A DNA stretch of 64,000 bases, taken from assembly GCF_964355755.1 (NCBI RefSeq), contig NC_092673.1, forward strand, positions 18,845,648-18,909,647. The letters run 5' to 3'. Every line of letters begins with the position of its first letter. Position 1 is the stretch's first letter. Source of the DNA: Antedon mediterranea (Eukaryota; Animalia; Echinodermata). Shown here piece by piece: positions 26,501-40,146 of the stretch. Both the position numbers and the translations under genes were made by a program. The notes under the pieces were generated by a model. It was not told where the DNA came from, did no database searches, and worked only from the letters and a program-made list of their open reading frames with translations.

Positions 26501-29500
26501 TTTGAAATCTTTGTTTCGCTGGCGACGATTTTCCAGACTAAATGTAATCAAATAAATTTACCTGTTAATTACGTAAACTTGTTGTTTTTGGCTCGAATTT
26601 TCGACTTGAAGTGAATAACTTTAATATTACTTTGATATGGCCAATTTAAATTTAGAATATTTTGATTTGTGTTTCAAGGGACAATACATCTTTAATAAAA
26701 CCAATATGATTATATTTTTCTACAGGTAATCCTTCAAAACAGTATACAAAAATGGTCGCTGATAAACTGAGAGAAATGGTAAGTTCATTTAAATAGTGCC
26801 TAGATGACAATTCTAATACTGCTAAATTATATAAGTCTTAAACCAAACAGCATTGAATGATTAGAATTATGTAGACAATGCTTAATATCTTGTTTTTTTC
26901 TTGTGCCAGGTTGACAAGGAATCTCTAGCAGAAGGTAGGCCTATGGAATTCCTTTAAATTTAGTTTCTTGTCAATAATACTTGAAGATAAGAATATCTAA
27001 GAATTTTAATGTATTAATGTTATGCTGCTGCACAACTTGTTTTAAACATTTGCAGTTCTAAGAGACATAAATTAACGTTTTTATATTAGCTGAGTTTGAG
27101 TAAAGTTTAATTCCCTTGCTGTAGGCTAGTCAATCTAGCATTTTGAGTGAAACAAATTGCAAACAGAGATTTTTTTTTTTTTAATGGTTACATATGATAA
27201 GGTAATTATTTTTTGAGCATCACACCTCTGACACTCATCCCGAAGGTATGCAAATTAGCTTAAATATGCAAATTAGGGTGAAATTACAGGGTTACCATAT
27301 CTTAAAAACTACTAATCGTAGAGAGTTCATTTTTGCACAGTGTGGTTCAGAATATATATATTTATATTTGCTCTAATGAGACATTTTACATAAAAATGTC
27401 CGGAAGTACCAAATTTTGACCCTTGACCCCATTTCTCAATATTTACATAAATATGTGATTAAAATGTCTGTAGAGACTTTATTTTGGACTCAATGACTTG
27501 GATATTGTTTTTCAATACCCACCATAGAACTGTATTATAATTCCTAAAATCACAACTTCGTCACGCACCTCGAAAGTATGCAAATTAGTAGTACAAGTAA
27601 TATTAAATATGCAAATTAGGGAGTGAAATTACAGCGTTGCCATATCTCGAAAACCGCTAATGCTAGAGTGTTGATTTTTTCACTGAAATATTTAAAATGT
27701 ATATATTTATATTTGCTGTAATGAGACATTTTACAAAAAAAATGCCCGGAACTATGACATTTGACCCTCGACCCCATTTCTCAATATTGCATATATAATG
27801 AAAACTAAAATGTCTGTAGAGACTTAGTTTTGCCCTCAAATGACTCGGATACAGGTTTCTAATAGCCAACATAGGAATGTTTAGTAAATCTCAAAATCAC
27901 ACCTGTATCACTCACCTTCAAAGTATGCAAATTATTAGTACAAGTTACATGAAATATGCAAATTAGGGGGTGAAATTACAGGTTCCTATATGTATCGAAA
28001 ACCGCTAAGGTAGAGAGTTGATTTTTTCAAAAACCTGTTCAGAATGTACATATTTATATTTGCTCTAATGAAACATTTTCCGAAAAAATGACCGGAAATA
28101 CAACAATTGACCCTTGACCCTATTTATCAATGTTTGCATACATAATGCGACTAAAATGTCTGTAGATAATTTTTTTGGACTCAAATGACTCGGATACAGT
28201 TTTCCTATTGTCAGCATTAGGACCTCTTTGTAATTCCCAAAATCACATCTTTGTCACATACCTTGAAAGTATGCAAATTATTAGTACAAGTTACATGAAA
28301 TATGCAAATTAGGGGTGAAATTACAGTCTTCCCATATCTCGAAAACCATTAATGCTAGAGAGTTGATTTGAATTCAGAGTTGATTCAGAATGTACATATT
28401 TATATTCGCTGTAATGAAACATTTTATGCAAAAATTGTCTTGATTGAATTATGACATTTGACCCTTGACCCTATTTCTCAATATTTTCATATAATTCAAC
28501 TAAAATATCTGTACAGACTGTTTTGGCCTCAAATGACTCAGATACAGGTTTTCTATAGCCAGCATAGAACTGTAGTAATTCTCAAAATCACACCTTTGTT
28601 ACTTCCCTAGAAAATATGCAAATTAGTAGTACAAGAGGTGAAAGTTGCCATATCTCTATCGGTCATTAGCGTTTTTCGAGATACATAAGGCTGTAATTTG
28701 CATATTTCATATAACTTGTACTAATAATTTGCATACTTTCGAGTTGCTTGACTTTTGGAATTACTAAACGATCCTATACTGGCTATATAAAACCTGTATC
28801 CAAGTCATTTGAGGCCAAAACAAAGTATGTACATACATTTTAGTTGCATTATATGCAAATATTGAGAAATAGGTTCGAGGGTCAAATGTCATACTTTCGA
28901 TAAATTTTTTTTTCAATAATGACCCAGATACAGGTTTTCTATAGCCAGCATAGAACTGTTTAGTAATTCTCAAAATCACACCTCTGTTACTTCCCTTGAA
29001 AGTATGCAAATCAGTAGTACAAGAAAGTTGCCATATCTCTCTCTCTCGGTCATTAGCGTTTTCGAGATACATAAGGCAATTCACTGTAATTTGCATATTT
29101 CATATAGCTTGTACTACTAATTTGCATACTTTCGAGGTGCTTGACTTATACTGGCTATATAAAACCTGTATCCGAGTCATTTTAGGCCAAAACAAAGTCT
29201 GTACATACATTTTAGTTGCATTATATGCAAATATTGAGAAATAATAATAATAATAATACCCTGGATTTATATAGCGCCTAATGTTGTGTAACCTCTAAGC
29301 GCTGTACATAAACTAATACGAAAAAAGGGAATTCCAACCATGCCAAAACGAAGGCGTGATTTTGGGAATTACAAAGCGGTCCTATGCTGACTATAGGAAA
29401 CATGTATCCGAGTTATTTGAGTCCAAAACAAAGTCTCTACAGACATTTTAGTCGCATTATGTATGCAAACATTTATAAATGGGGTCGAGGATCAATTGTT

Positions 29501-32500
29501 GTATTTCCGGTCATTTTTTCGTAAAATGTTTCATTAGAATAAATATAAATATGTACATTCTGAACAAGGTATTGAAAAAATCAACTCTCTAGCCTTAGTG
29601 GTTTTCGATATATAGGAACCTTTAATTTCACCCTCTAATTTGCATATTTCATGTAACTTGTACTAATAATTTGCATACTTTGGAGGTGAGTGATACAGGT
29701 GTGATTTTGAGATCTACTAAACAGTCCTATGTTGGCTATTAGAAACCTGTATCGGAGTCATTTGAGGGCAAAACAAAGTCTCTACAGACATTTTAGTTTC
29801 ATTTATATATGCAATATTGAGAAATGGGGTTGAGGGTCAAATGTCATACTTCCGGTCATTTTTTTGTAAAATGTTTCATTGGAGCAAATAGAAATATGTA
29901 CATTTTGAATACGGCTGTGAAAAAATCAGCTCTCTAGCATTAGTGGTTTTCGAGATATAGGACAACTGTAATTTTTCCCCTTATTTGCATATTTTATTTA
30001 AATTGTACTACTAATTTGCATACTTTCGAGGTGTGTGACAAAGGTGTGATTTTGGGAATTACAAAGTGATCCTATGCTGGCTATTAGGAACCTATGTCTG
30101 GGTCATTTGAGGGCAAAATAAAGTCTCTACAGACATTTTAGTCACATTGTATATGCAAACATTGAGAAATGGGGTCGAAGGTCAAATGTTGTACTTCCGG
30201 TCATTTTTTCGTAAAATGTTTCATTAGAGTAAATATAAATATATACATTTTGAATAGATCAGTGAAAAAATCAACTCTCTCGGACTAGTAGTTTTTGAGA
30301 TATGGTAACCTTGTAATTTCACCCTAATTTGCATATTTAAGCTAATTTGCATATCTTCGGGATGAGTGACAGAGGTGTGATGCTCAAATTTTGATCTCCT
30401 CATCATATATGACCATTTAAAAAAGAAAAATCTCTGTTTGCAATTTGTTTCACTTTGGGCTGTTTTTTTTTGCTAGATTGACTAGCCTACTGGTAAAGTT
30501 CTCGTTTCAGTTTAGCCTTATAATTCCTGTGATTTAATGTTCTGCTCTAATAGACAATTTTGTTTTGTAATAATAAAACTTTCAGTTACTATTATAATTT
30601 GTATTACTGTATTTTGTAACTAGAATAATACCAATTATTTACAAAAATTATAATTTTTCTCATAAGTTATTGACAATGCACAACCATTTAGAATAATCTG
30701 ATATTTTAAAAATGTATTTTCCCAATCTAAAGTAGCTAAAGAAACATAAAAACTCCATTGTGGTTATTTAATCAATTAACCAATCTGTATAACACTTTTA
30801 TAAATCTACTATGACACTGATATTGACTTTAATGATAAAAATAAAATATTGATTACTACTACAAAAATGACAACAACAGTGATGATAATGAATACAACAA
30901 TGATAATGAGATCAATGAAAATGATTAGAATGATAACTGATGAGCAATGATGATAATAATAATGATGATAATATTAATGATGCTATACATTTTAAGTGTT
31001 GAGTGTGACCAAAATAAATATTTCACTGCAGGTACTGAAGCTATTCCATTTGATACAGAACAGCATTTAGATAAAGATGTAATTCAGGATATTGAGGAAA
31101 ATAAGGAGGAAACCTTGAAAGACACGTTTAACATCTGGGATCATGGTGGACCACTGATGTACCATGGTCTACAGCGTGTAAGTTATGATTGTATTTGCTT
31201 TGAATAAAGTCCATAGACATATAGTATTCTTCTATTCTTCAATATAATAACAACATTGATTATTTACACAGTGCTTAAATAAAGGTTGTAAGTCCATAGA
31301 CATATAGTATTCTTCTATTCTTCAATATAATAACAACATTGATTATTTACACAGTGCTTAAATAAAGGTTGTAAGTCCATAGACATTTTATTCTTCTATT
31401 CTTCAATATAATAACAACATTGATTATTTACACAGTGCTTAAATAAAGGTTGTAAGTCCATAGACATTTTATTCTTCTATTCTTCAATATAATAACAACA
31501 TTGATTATTTACACAGTGCTTAAATAAAGGTTGTAAGTCCATAGACATTTTATTCTTCTATTCTTCAGTATAATAACAACATTGATTATTTACACAGTGC
31601 TTAAATAAAGGTTGTAAGTCCATAGACATATAGTATTCTTCTATTCTTCAATATGATAACAACATTGATTATTTACACAGTGCTCAAATAAAGGTTGTAA
31701 GTCCATAGACATTTTATTCTTCTATTCTTCAATATAATAACAACATTGATTATTTACACAGTGCTCAAATAAAGGTTGTAAGTCCATAGACATATAGTAT
31801 TCTTCTATTCTTCAATATAATAACAACATTGATTATTTACACAGTGCTTAAATAAAGGTTGTAAGTCCATAGACATTTCATTCTTCTATTCTTCAATATA
31901 ATAACAACATTGATTATTTACACAGTGCTCAAATAAAGGTTGTAAGTCCTTAGACATTTTATTCTTCTATTCTTCAATATAATAACAACATTGATTATTT
32001 ACACAGTGCTTAAATAAAGGTTGTAAGTCCATAGACATTTTATTCTTCTATTCTTCAATATAATAACAACATTGATTATTTACACAGTGCTTAAATAAAG
32101 GTTGTAAGTCCATAGACATTTTATTCTTCTATTCTTCAATATAATAACAACATTGATTATTTACACAGTGCTCAAATAAAGGTTGTAAGTCCATAGACAT
32201 TTTATTCTTCTATTCTTCAATATAATAACAACATTGATTATTTACACAGTGCTCAAATAAAGGTTGTAAGTCCATAGACATATAGTATTCTTCTATTCTT
32301 CAATATGATAACAACATTGATTATTTACACAGTGCTTAAATAAAGGTTGTAAGTCCATAGACATTTTATTCTTCTATTCTTCAATATGATAACAACATTG
32401 ATTATTTACACAGTGCTCAAATAAAGGTTGTAAGTCCATAGACATATAGTATTCTTCTATTCTTCAATATAATAACAACATTGATTATTTACACAGTGCT

Positions 32501-35500
32501 CAAATAAAGGTTGTAAGTCCATAGACATTTTATTCTTCTATTCTTCAATATAATAACAACATTGATTATTTACACAGTGCTTAAATAAAGGTTGTAAGTC
32601 CATAGACATATAGTATTCTTCTATTCTTCAATATAATAACAACATTGATTATTTACACAGTGCTCAAATAAAGGTTGTAAGTCCATAGACATTTTATTCT
32701 TCTATTCTTCAATATGATAACAACATTGATTATTTACACAGTGCTCAAATAAAGGTTGTAAGTCCATAGACATTTTATTCTTCTATTCTTCAATATAATA
32801 ACAACATTGATTATTTACACAGTGCTCAAATAAAGGTTGTAAGTCCATAGACATATAGTATTCTTCTATTCTTCAATATAATAACAACATTGATTATTTA
32901 CACAGTGCTCAAATAAAGGTTGTAAGTCCATAGACATTTTATTCTTCTATTCTTCAATATAATAACAACATTGATTATTTACACAGTGCTTAAATAAAGG
33001 TTGTAAGTCCATAGACATTTTATTCTTCTATTCTTCAATATGATAACAACATTGATTATTTACACAGTGCTTAAATAAAGGCTGTAAGTCCATAGACATT
33101 TTATTCTTCTATTCTTCAATATAATAACAACATTGATTATTTACACAGTGCTCAAATAAAGGTTGTAAGTCCATAGACATATAGTATTCTTCTATTCTTC
33201 AATATGATAACAACATTGATTATTTACACAGTGCTCAAATAAAGGTTGTCAGTCCATAGACATATAGTATTCTTCTATTCTTCAATATAATAACAACATT
33301 GATTATTTACACAGTGCTCAAATAAAGGTTGTAAGTCCATAGACATTTTATTCTTCTATTCTTCAATATAATAACAACATTGATTATTTACACAGTGCTT
33401 AAAAACTTATTTTACAATTTGTTAAAAATATTTATTTAATACACTATTCATTTTTAATAGAGAACAATTGCACTTGACAAAAAGATCTCAGTGTTTGAGT
33501 ATTGAAGTTTTATCTGAGAAACTTCCTTTTAGGGACCAATTACAGAGGGAAATAATATTTGTACATATTTCTTTTTTCCTAGATGTTCATGACATCGGAA
33601 GCCCTTTATATCGTAGTGTTTGATCTCAGTGTGAACCTTCAGGATCGTGCTATCTTCAGTGCTTCAAATGGAGTAAGTATTTAAAGACAATGTAAGGTAA
33701 AGGTATTTGTGATTAAAAAATACCTACCAGATGAGTGAGACGATTAAGAAAAACATATAATAATTATTTTATTTTAATCAAATAAAGATATAATGTGTAG
33801 TGTCTTTTTTTTCCAGGTTAAACGTATACATCATTGTACCAATCTCCAGTTCATATTATCTTACATCCAGACAGTTTATTCTCATAGTCGTATTGTGAGA
33901 AAAAACAAAGAAAAGGGAGTTCACGAACCAACTATCCTTATTGTGGGTACACATAAGGGTAAGCTTGGTAAGACTAAAGAAGAACAAAATGATGAGGTAA
34001 TACTTCCATTATTAAAATTAATCAATCAATTTCTGTTCTAAAAGCTAATATAAAGAAACTATGACTAGAATACTGTATCGAATACATTTTTATCAGAAAT
34101 TCTCATATGAATGTATTTAATACAGTAGTCTCAGGCCCGTAGCCAGAATGCATCAGAGGGGGGTTTTCTTGACACCAAGTATTTTGCGTAGTAGGCTGGG
34201 GGCCAGGGGGCCGCCAAGGGCCCCCGGTGGGGGTCCAGGGGGCGAAGTCCCCTGGAAGCTTTGGCTCTCAGAGCAATTTCGGTTGTTTTAATAAGCTTAC
34301 AGAGACATTTTTTACCTACTAAAATCTGAGTTATGCAGAGAAATTATATAGTACAGTATTATGGAAGTTAGTAGTACTGATCATGAAATACAGCTTTATT
34401 GTTGCAAAAAAGTATATTATATTAGGCCCTTAAATAATTTCTTATCCTATAAACATAAAAAACAAATAGTACCGTATATTTCGGTGTACAAGTCGCACCT
34501 GTGTATAAGACGCACCCATAACGGAGACTGAAATATTAGTATTTTTTATGTAGTCGATGCATAAATAAGACGCACTTATTTCTAGGCCGAAATTTAAACA
34601 TTTTACAATCAAAACAATGGTATTTTAATAATAAAACAACGATATTTGAGACATATTTATTAGAATCAAATGATATAATTTTGTTTGATTGCCTTTATTA
34701 CATCGTAATCAGTCTCTACTTCAACTACTACTACTACTTAAACTGAACATTCAATGAAAAGGGAAATCCCCATATTGTTTCAGTTACGATGCACTGTGTG
34801 GGTAGGGCTAGCCTATGTCATTTAAGTAACTTTAATTTCATATTATTTAAATATATACCTTCTTATTGTGTGTATGACCATTATAAAATCAATCCAAATG
34901 ATGTTCAGTTTTTTGGGCTGATAATGAACCAGGAATATCATGTTGGGTAGGCCTATATGAAAATCTTTCCTATTTCCATGCATGCATTACATTACAGCAA
35001 TATGAGGAGAAAAGAGCACTAACCATGTGCTGCCTGGTGGCCAGCACTGTTGGCCATATACACTATGAGATTAGGGGAAGCTACTTAACACAATAACAAC
35101 ACACTCTTTTAGATATCGCTTGACATACGAACTATTGCCTACATGATTATAAAATTATGTGATTGTTGACATAGAGATGTAATAAAAATAAACCACCGTG
35201 ATCAAGGGAAATAGTTATTGTGTAATTAAAATGTGACACCACCGTAATTAATGGACTCTTCCATAAATGTGTTGCGCTGTTATGCTGCATGCTGCTAGTA
35301 CACACCCGCGAGTTCAGAGAGTATTACTAGGCCTGGGTAGAATATCTAATGCGTACTGTAATATTAATTAATACAGTCGAGGATGACAATTTACCTTAAC
35401 TAAAAATTCAATAAACTTGTTACCACACTGTGGTTAGACAGGAGTGAGTAACTAGCTAGGCCTACATTGCAGAGTAGTAGGCCTACACTATTTTTAATTA

Positions 35501-38500
35501 ATTTAAGTATTAGTAGGTAATTAAATTAATTAGGGTAACATTTAGAGGTCAAATTTACGTGTCAAAAGTGCGTCTTATACACCGAAATATACGGTAGGCC
35601 TACGTACACGTACCAATTTAACTCAACACCATTTTTATTCAAGTTTACACAGTGAAATTCTTTGGTTTAATGAAAAATATTTCCAGGAAAAAAATAAAAA
35701 TCCCCAAAAAGATTGAACTGAACTGAACGTGATCTTATGCGTTCCGAAAAGCCCGGCCGAAGCACGCGATTGGTCAGTCCATTTTTCTGTCATATTTATA
35801 ACCATCATCTCTCAACAATCTCTCGATCTCACGCTCAGCAGTGACTTTGACATCGGACAATCTGTATATTCGATCGATTTAAACATAGTCAATAGAAGTA
35901 AAATGACCAAAAAATCTGCTATAATTGATAATTAATTGAACGATTTTGGAAGTGGGGCCTTTTTTTTTCAAGGGGGTTCGCTGGTAAAAGGGGGGTTCAC
36001 GCAAAAGGGGGGTTCGCCCGAACCCCAAAAAACCCCCCTGGCTACGGGCCTGAGTCTTGTAGTCTGTGAAGTATTTATATATCATTTAAAAGAACATGTT
36101 TTAATTTTTTTACATTGTTTACAACCAGACAATGAAGGCCTTTAAACAGATTCGAGATGCACTTAAACATAAAGTGTATGAAAAACATGTGTATCGCCAA
36201 TATTTTGCCGTTGAAAACAGCCAAGAAACTACGGATAAGAACTTTAGCAATCTCAAACAAGTCATTGATGACCTTATGACTGCTTTAGAGAAAGAAGTTC
36301 CTTTAAAGTGGATGCGTTTTCGATGTGATCTACATGATCTAAGGAGAAAAAAACATTTTTCTTTGTGTCCAGTTGAAGAGGTAAATTTAATTGGCATCAT
36401 TCCTCAGTGTTTTGTTTTCAGAATAGAAATATGTTGGAAATAATAGTATTTAAAAAAGTATAAACAAAAGACTCTACCTACTATTATATATAACTACAGT
36501 ACTATCTGGAAAAATCATGAGAGCAATTACATCGGCCTAGTATTTTTTATGGAATATTTGCATTGCAACACTGACAATTACATTCTGTGAGAAAAATTGC
36601 AGTTACGTTTCCCCCATCCTGAGAGAGACGTTTTCCTTCGGATCCAAAGTTATGCAGTACATGTTATCAAGTAAATTTCAAAACATTTCAGGCTGTAAAG
36701 GACAAAACTAATGTTGTAAATGTATACCTACCTTTGGTTTCATATTTTTGATATTTTATTTGTATCTGAATAGTAAACAATTTTTTCTTTAGCTCAAAAT
36801 GCTGGCAAGTAAGAATGGTATTGCAGATGAAAAACAACAATCCTTTCTTCTTAACTTTTTGTACGATCTTGGTGAAATTGTTTACAGGCCTGACAACAAA
36901 TTATTGAAAGATAAAGCGGTGTTAGATCCGATGCAGCTGGTTGAAATTGTTACTGCTTTTGTAACGGTCATTCCACCAGAATTTCCAGTAAGTAGTCTCA
37001 TGAAAATGTTAATGCAGTGTTTTTTTAGGACATTTGAATTCCTATAGGTGCTGTAGTATCAAAAGCAATGTCTGACAGTTTCCTTAGTTTAACATTGAGG
37101 GGTATATTGTATATTAGTATATTGTAAACCATGCCATTGTATCTACAAGTCTTTATACATGTGCATCCCTTTAAATTCTAAATTGTTTGATAACTTAATA
37201 AACACAAAATTCTAAGTATGGATAATTGGTGGTGTTTTTTAGTCGGCCACGTATATCGATGCGTTTGATAAACTTGACAAGGGCATACTGGAAGAAAAGT
37301 TGTTGCGAAGATTATGGAAAAAGCGTAAAGTTGACGACGGAAAGAATTTTGAGTTTCTTGTAGCACTGATGATTCAATTAGGTTTTATATGTGAGAGGAA
37401 GACAACCAGCAGCCAAGATGTGGCAAGTACATTTACAGTAGGTTTTGTTGAGTTATCTTTTCTAACAAGTTTTGTTCATGCATGCAAGCTTATTTGGCTA
37501 AGCTAAGATTTTTTGATACATAATTGAGGAAATTTTATATAAAATTTCAAGTTATTTGTAGGGTTATGACATATTTTGATTAAACTTCTGAAAATGTACA
37601 GGAAATGGTATTTAGTTTTCTTATTAAAAGAAATCTAAATGGCATTTTTACAAATTAACAATTTCAGGGATCTGTTGGAAAGCGATCATTCTTTGTGCCA
37701 CTACGCCTTGCTTTCAAGACATCAAGTGAAGTGAAACCAGTGCCTGATAGATTGCAAGATATCAGTATCTATTACGACTTTAAGGGATATCTGCCAGATG
37801 TATTGTTTCCATACATGATTATTGATTTCATCAACAAATTTCAAAAGAAAGGAGTTGACCCAATAATGTCATATAATCATGCTGAACTTTACTTCGACCA
37901 AGATCATTTTGTGACTTTATCTCTTGTCAATGTTGTCACTAATGAAGATGAGCGAAAGTTCTTATTAAAGGTACTGTGTCATACAATCTCCTGTGAATTT
38001 TCAATAAATATTACCAAATTATTTTGAATTGATAGAAGTTGATTAGTCAAATACAAACAATGCTGAAACCCTGCAAATATCATTTAGTTTGTAACACTTA
38101 TTACAATTGCCTGTATTATCCTAATCTTTCTTTTACTTATTTTTGTTGTTAAATATTAAGTCAGAATTTACTCTACATGTGCATAATAATTCAAATGCAG
38201 ATATCAAAACATCAACTACTGTACTTTCTTTTTTTCCAGGTGACTATTAAAAGAATAAATGCTTTTAATGAAACTAATGAGGAACCTTCATCTGAAGCAT
38301 GTAGAGAGGTATGTTATCATATTATTTGATAAACCATCTATCTAAGATTGTTTATAGATAATAATTTTTACTAAATATTTATAATTAAAGTTTTAAAATT
38401 ATTTTGGGGCAGTGTAATCAAAATAGTGGTTAACAATTATTTTCATTAAATAAAATTTCTTTTGAACAACCAAAAATAGTATAAGCGAACTTACAGTACG

Positions 38501-39307
38501 TTTCGAAACCTATCAGGTTTCATTCTCAACTGGCGTTTCATCGTCTAGCGTTGTTAATTCCATGACGACGATGAGTTGGTATAGCGCCACCAATAGGTCC
38601 AAAAGGACATGCCCCCTTCTCCTCCTTCAATAGTTGATCATAAAAAAAAAATCATGAACAGAGATGAAGGAGCCCACGAATTTTTGGTTGTTCAAAAGAA
38701 ATTTTATTTAATACCTATTCCACAACCAGATGAAATTCTTCCAAAATTATTTTCATTATCAGTCAACTTCATTGTATTTGACCTTATAATTCTGTAAATT
38801 TGTAATTTCAATAATAGAAAAACACATGATGCTTAGATGACACAAGTCTCCCCAACATTTCCAACTATCAAAGAAAATATCAAAAAGATATCTTTTCACA
38901 CATAAAATCGAAGATATTAAAACAATCTTAACTTTTTTTTAAAACTATAATATTGTAAATGTGAGTGAATAAATGTGTGCAGCGGACTCAAAAGGTAATC
39001 AAGTTTTTGTTATTGATTGTGTCTTAATTTGGTATTTGTAGTTGGATTTATTTATGTGATTGGAAAACAATATTCAATGTATATTTTTAGGTTTTGTTAA
39101 CAATCCAGAAGTCATTTGAACCTTCTAAAGATGGTGGTAGAAGAGGGATTAAATTTGAGAGATGCATACTTTGTGGTGTATGTAGTGATACATCAGAAAA
39201 GAAGCACATTCAAAATCTTGAAGATTTCCAGTATGAGAAGTTGCCATGCTTCCAAACTGGCAAGTCGGTTACGATGGATGTTAAACGTTACAAGCGGCTA
39301 TTTGGAG
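23553..39307 (+). CDS. Roc-COR module 1 (Roco-family GTPase), 14 coding exons, 664 codons
   Basis: Exons 23553-23568, 24071-24236, 25805-25890, 26726-26778, 26910-26934, 31032-31177, 33583-33672, 33817-33996, 36129-36380, 36793-36987, 37243-37437, 37668-37970, 38240-38308, 39091-39307. All are GT-AG, phase-consistent and stop-free. Motifs: P-loop GQEGVGKTS, G2 TDGI, G3 WDHGG, YIVVFDL, G4 VGTHK, COR VPLKW and LNFLYDLGEIVY..VLDP, FFVPLRL, terminal CxxC..H..C. An in-frame TAA lies just upstream of ATG 23553. Confidence 0.88.
24662..25589. mobile_element. MITE with ~38-bp TIRs (Harbinger-like) in a Roc-1 intron
   Basis: cgcccgtattcttaaaccggactttagtcgtagttcga ... tcgaactacgactaaagtccggtttaagaatacgggcg; ta/cta at the flanks. 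Confidence 0.8.
25671..25790 (-). mobile_element. Short LINE/SINE 3' end
   Basis: (aat)n tail followed by atttattcgg and a short unique body, sitting just upstream of the 25805 acceptor; absent from the functional paralogous acceptor at 51940-51961. Confidence 0.45.
26186..26695. mobile_element. Kolobok-like non-autonomous element, TTAA TSD
   Basis: TTAA-aaatctattgtccct ... agggacaatacatct-TTAA; second copy at 9460-10340. Confidence 0.78.
27122..30489. mobile_element. 3.4-kb foldback non-autonomous element, Academ-like
   Basis: Termini TAGGCTAGTCAATCTAGCA ... TGCTAGATTGACTAGCCTA with 3-bp TSD ctg/ctg. Arms of >1 kb are built from ~346-bp subrepeats in inverted orientation. Confidence 0.8.
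31207..33400. repeat. Intronic tandem repeat, 81/83-bp variants, ~27 copies
   Basis: Unit aagtccatagacat(atag/tt)tattcttctattcttcaatataataacaacattgattatttacacagtgc(t/c)-aaataaaggttgt-like. Confidence 0.98.
34132..36052. mobile_element. Non-autonomous hAT-like element with 5-bp TSD
   Basis: TIR caggcccgtagccag ... ctggctacgggcctg; TSD agtct/agtct. Confidence 0.8.
34472..35594. mobile_element. Nested Tc1/pogo-like MITE
   Basis: TA-ccgtatatttcggtgtacaagtcgcac ... gtgcgtcttatacaccgaaatatacgg-TA. Confidence 0.8.
38445..38745 (-). mobile_element. Penelope-like remnant with 33-bp inverted ends
   Basis: 38445-38477 is the exact reverse complement of 38680-38712, with a hammerhead-like motif inside; absent from the paralogous intron after 59161. 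Confidence 0.55.
38494..38532 (-). ncRNA. Minimal hammerhead-like motif, U3-A8 variant
   Basis: Minus strand: cag TTGAGAA t gaaacct-gat-aggtttc GAA ACGT A ctg. Stem I is only 3 bp. Confidence 0.5.
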
Positions 39308-39619
39308 GTAAGAAACATAAACATAAGGATACAAAGTACATCTTTTTAAAGACTAACACTATTTTGTTTATATTTAAATGAATTCTATGAATAGGATTGG
39401 TACAGTATTATAGTTTATTGTATATCTTAAATCCTGTTGAACCAAACTTTTAGAACATAATATTGTGGCTACTGTAAATAACTATAAAAACAGTACTATG
39501 GGTAGATTTAGACTTCCAAGGAGTGAGTGGCTTATATTGATTAATTATCTCCTGTACAGTACCATGTTGGCTGTATGATAAAAGTCTCGTGGTTAGTGTT
39601 CAATTTTACTTTTTCACAG

Positions 39620-39669
39620 ACGTCCAAGATGATAGAGAGTTACTGCAATCTGTCAATATTCTTAAATAA
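39620..39669 (+). CDS. Candidate alternative terminal exon for Roc-COR module 1
   Basis: Acceptor tttactttttcacag; phase-1 read DVQDDRELLQSVNILK* with AATAAA overlapping the stop; gives a 680-aa Roc-COR-only product. Confidence 0.5.
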
Positions 39670-40146
39670 AAGGCTTGACCTATAATCTGATTGGCAAACA
39701 CTAGACTTTATTGTTTTCATAATCTAGCAATCATTATTATTCAGATTTAAAAAATTAACAATTCAGTTATCATATTAAAATAATATTATTGTTATTATCA
39801 ACAACTAAAATGGCCACTAATCCCATAGTTTTACAATTCGTTTTGCAATGCTGTTTATTTCTTGAAATGTTGTGTAGAATATTGGTTATATTTTGTTTTA
39901 AAGACCTAGTACTTTTAGATCATTGTACCTTACTTTCTTCCACCTTCTTAGACTGTACACAAGGTCGTGATTATTAAAATGAAATTATTTGTACCATTCC
40001 ACGAATATAAAAACATTCACTATTTGTTTTATATAACAATAAAGTAGATTCATGCATTTCATTAAATTGTCATCTTAATAGGATTGTCCACTGAGTAGGG
40101 CTTGGCTGTAGTGGTAAAACATATATTGCCCTTTGTTTTGCCATTG

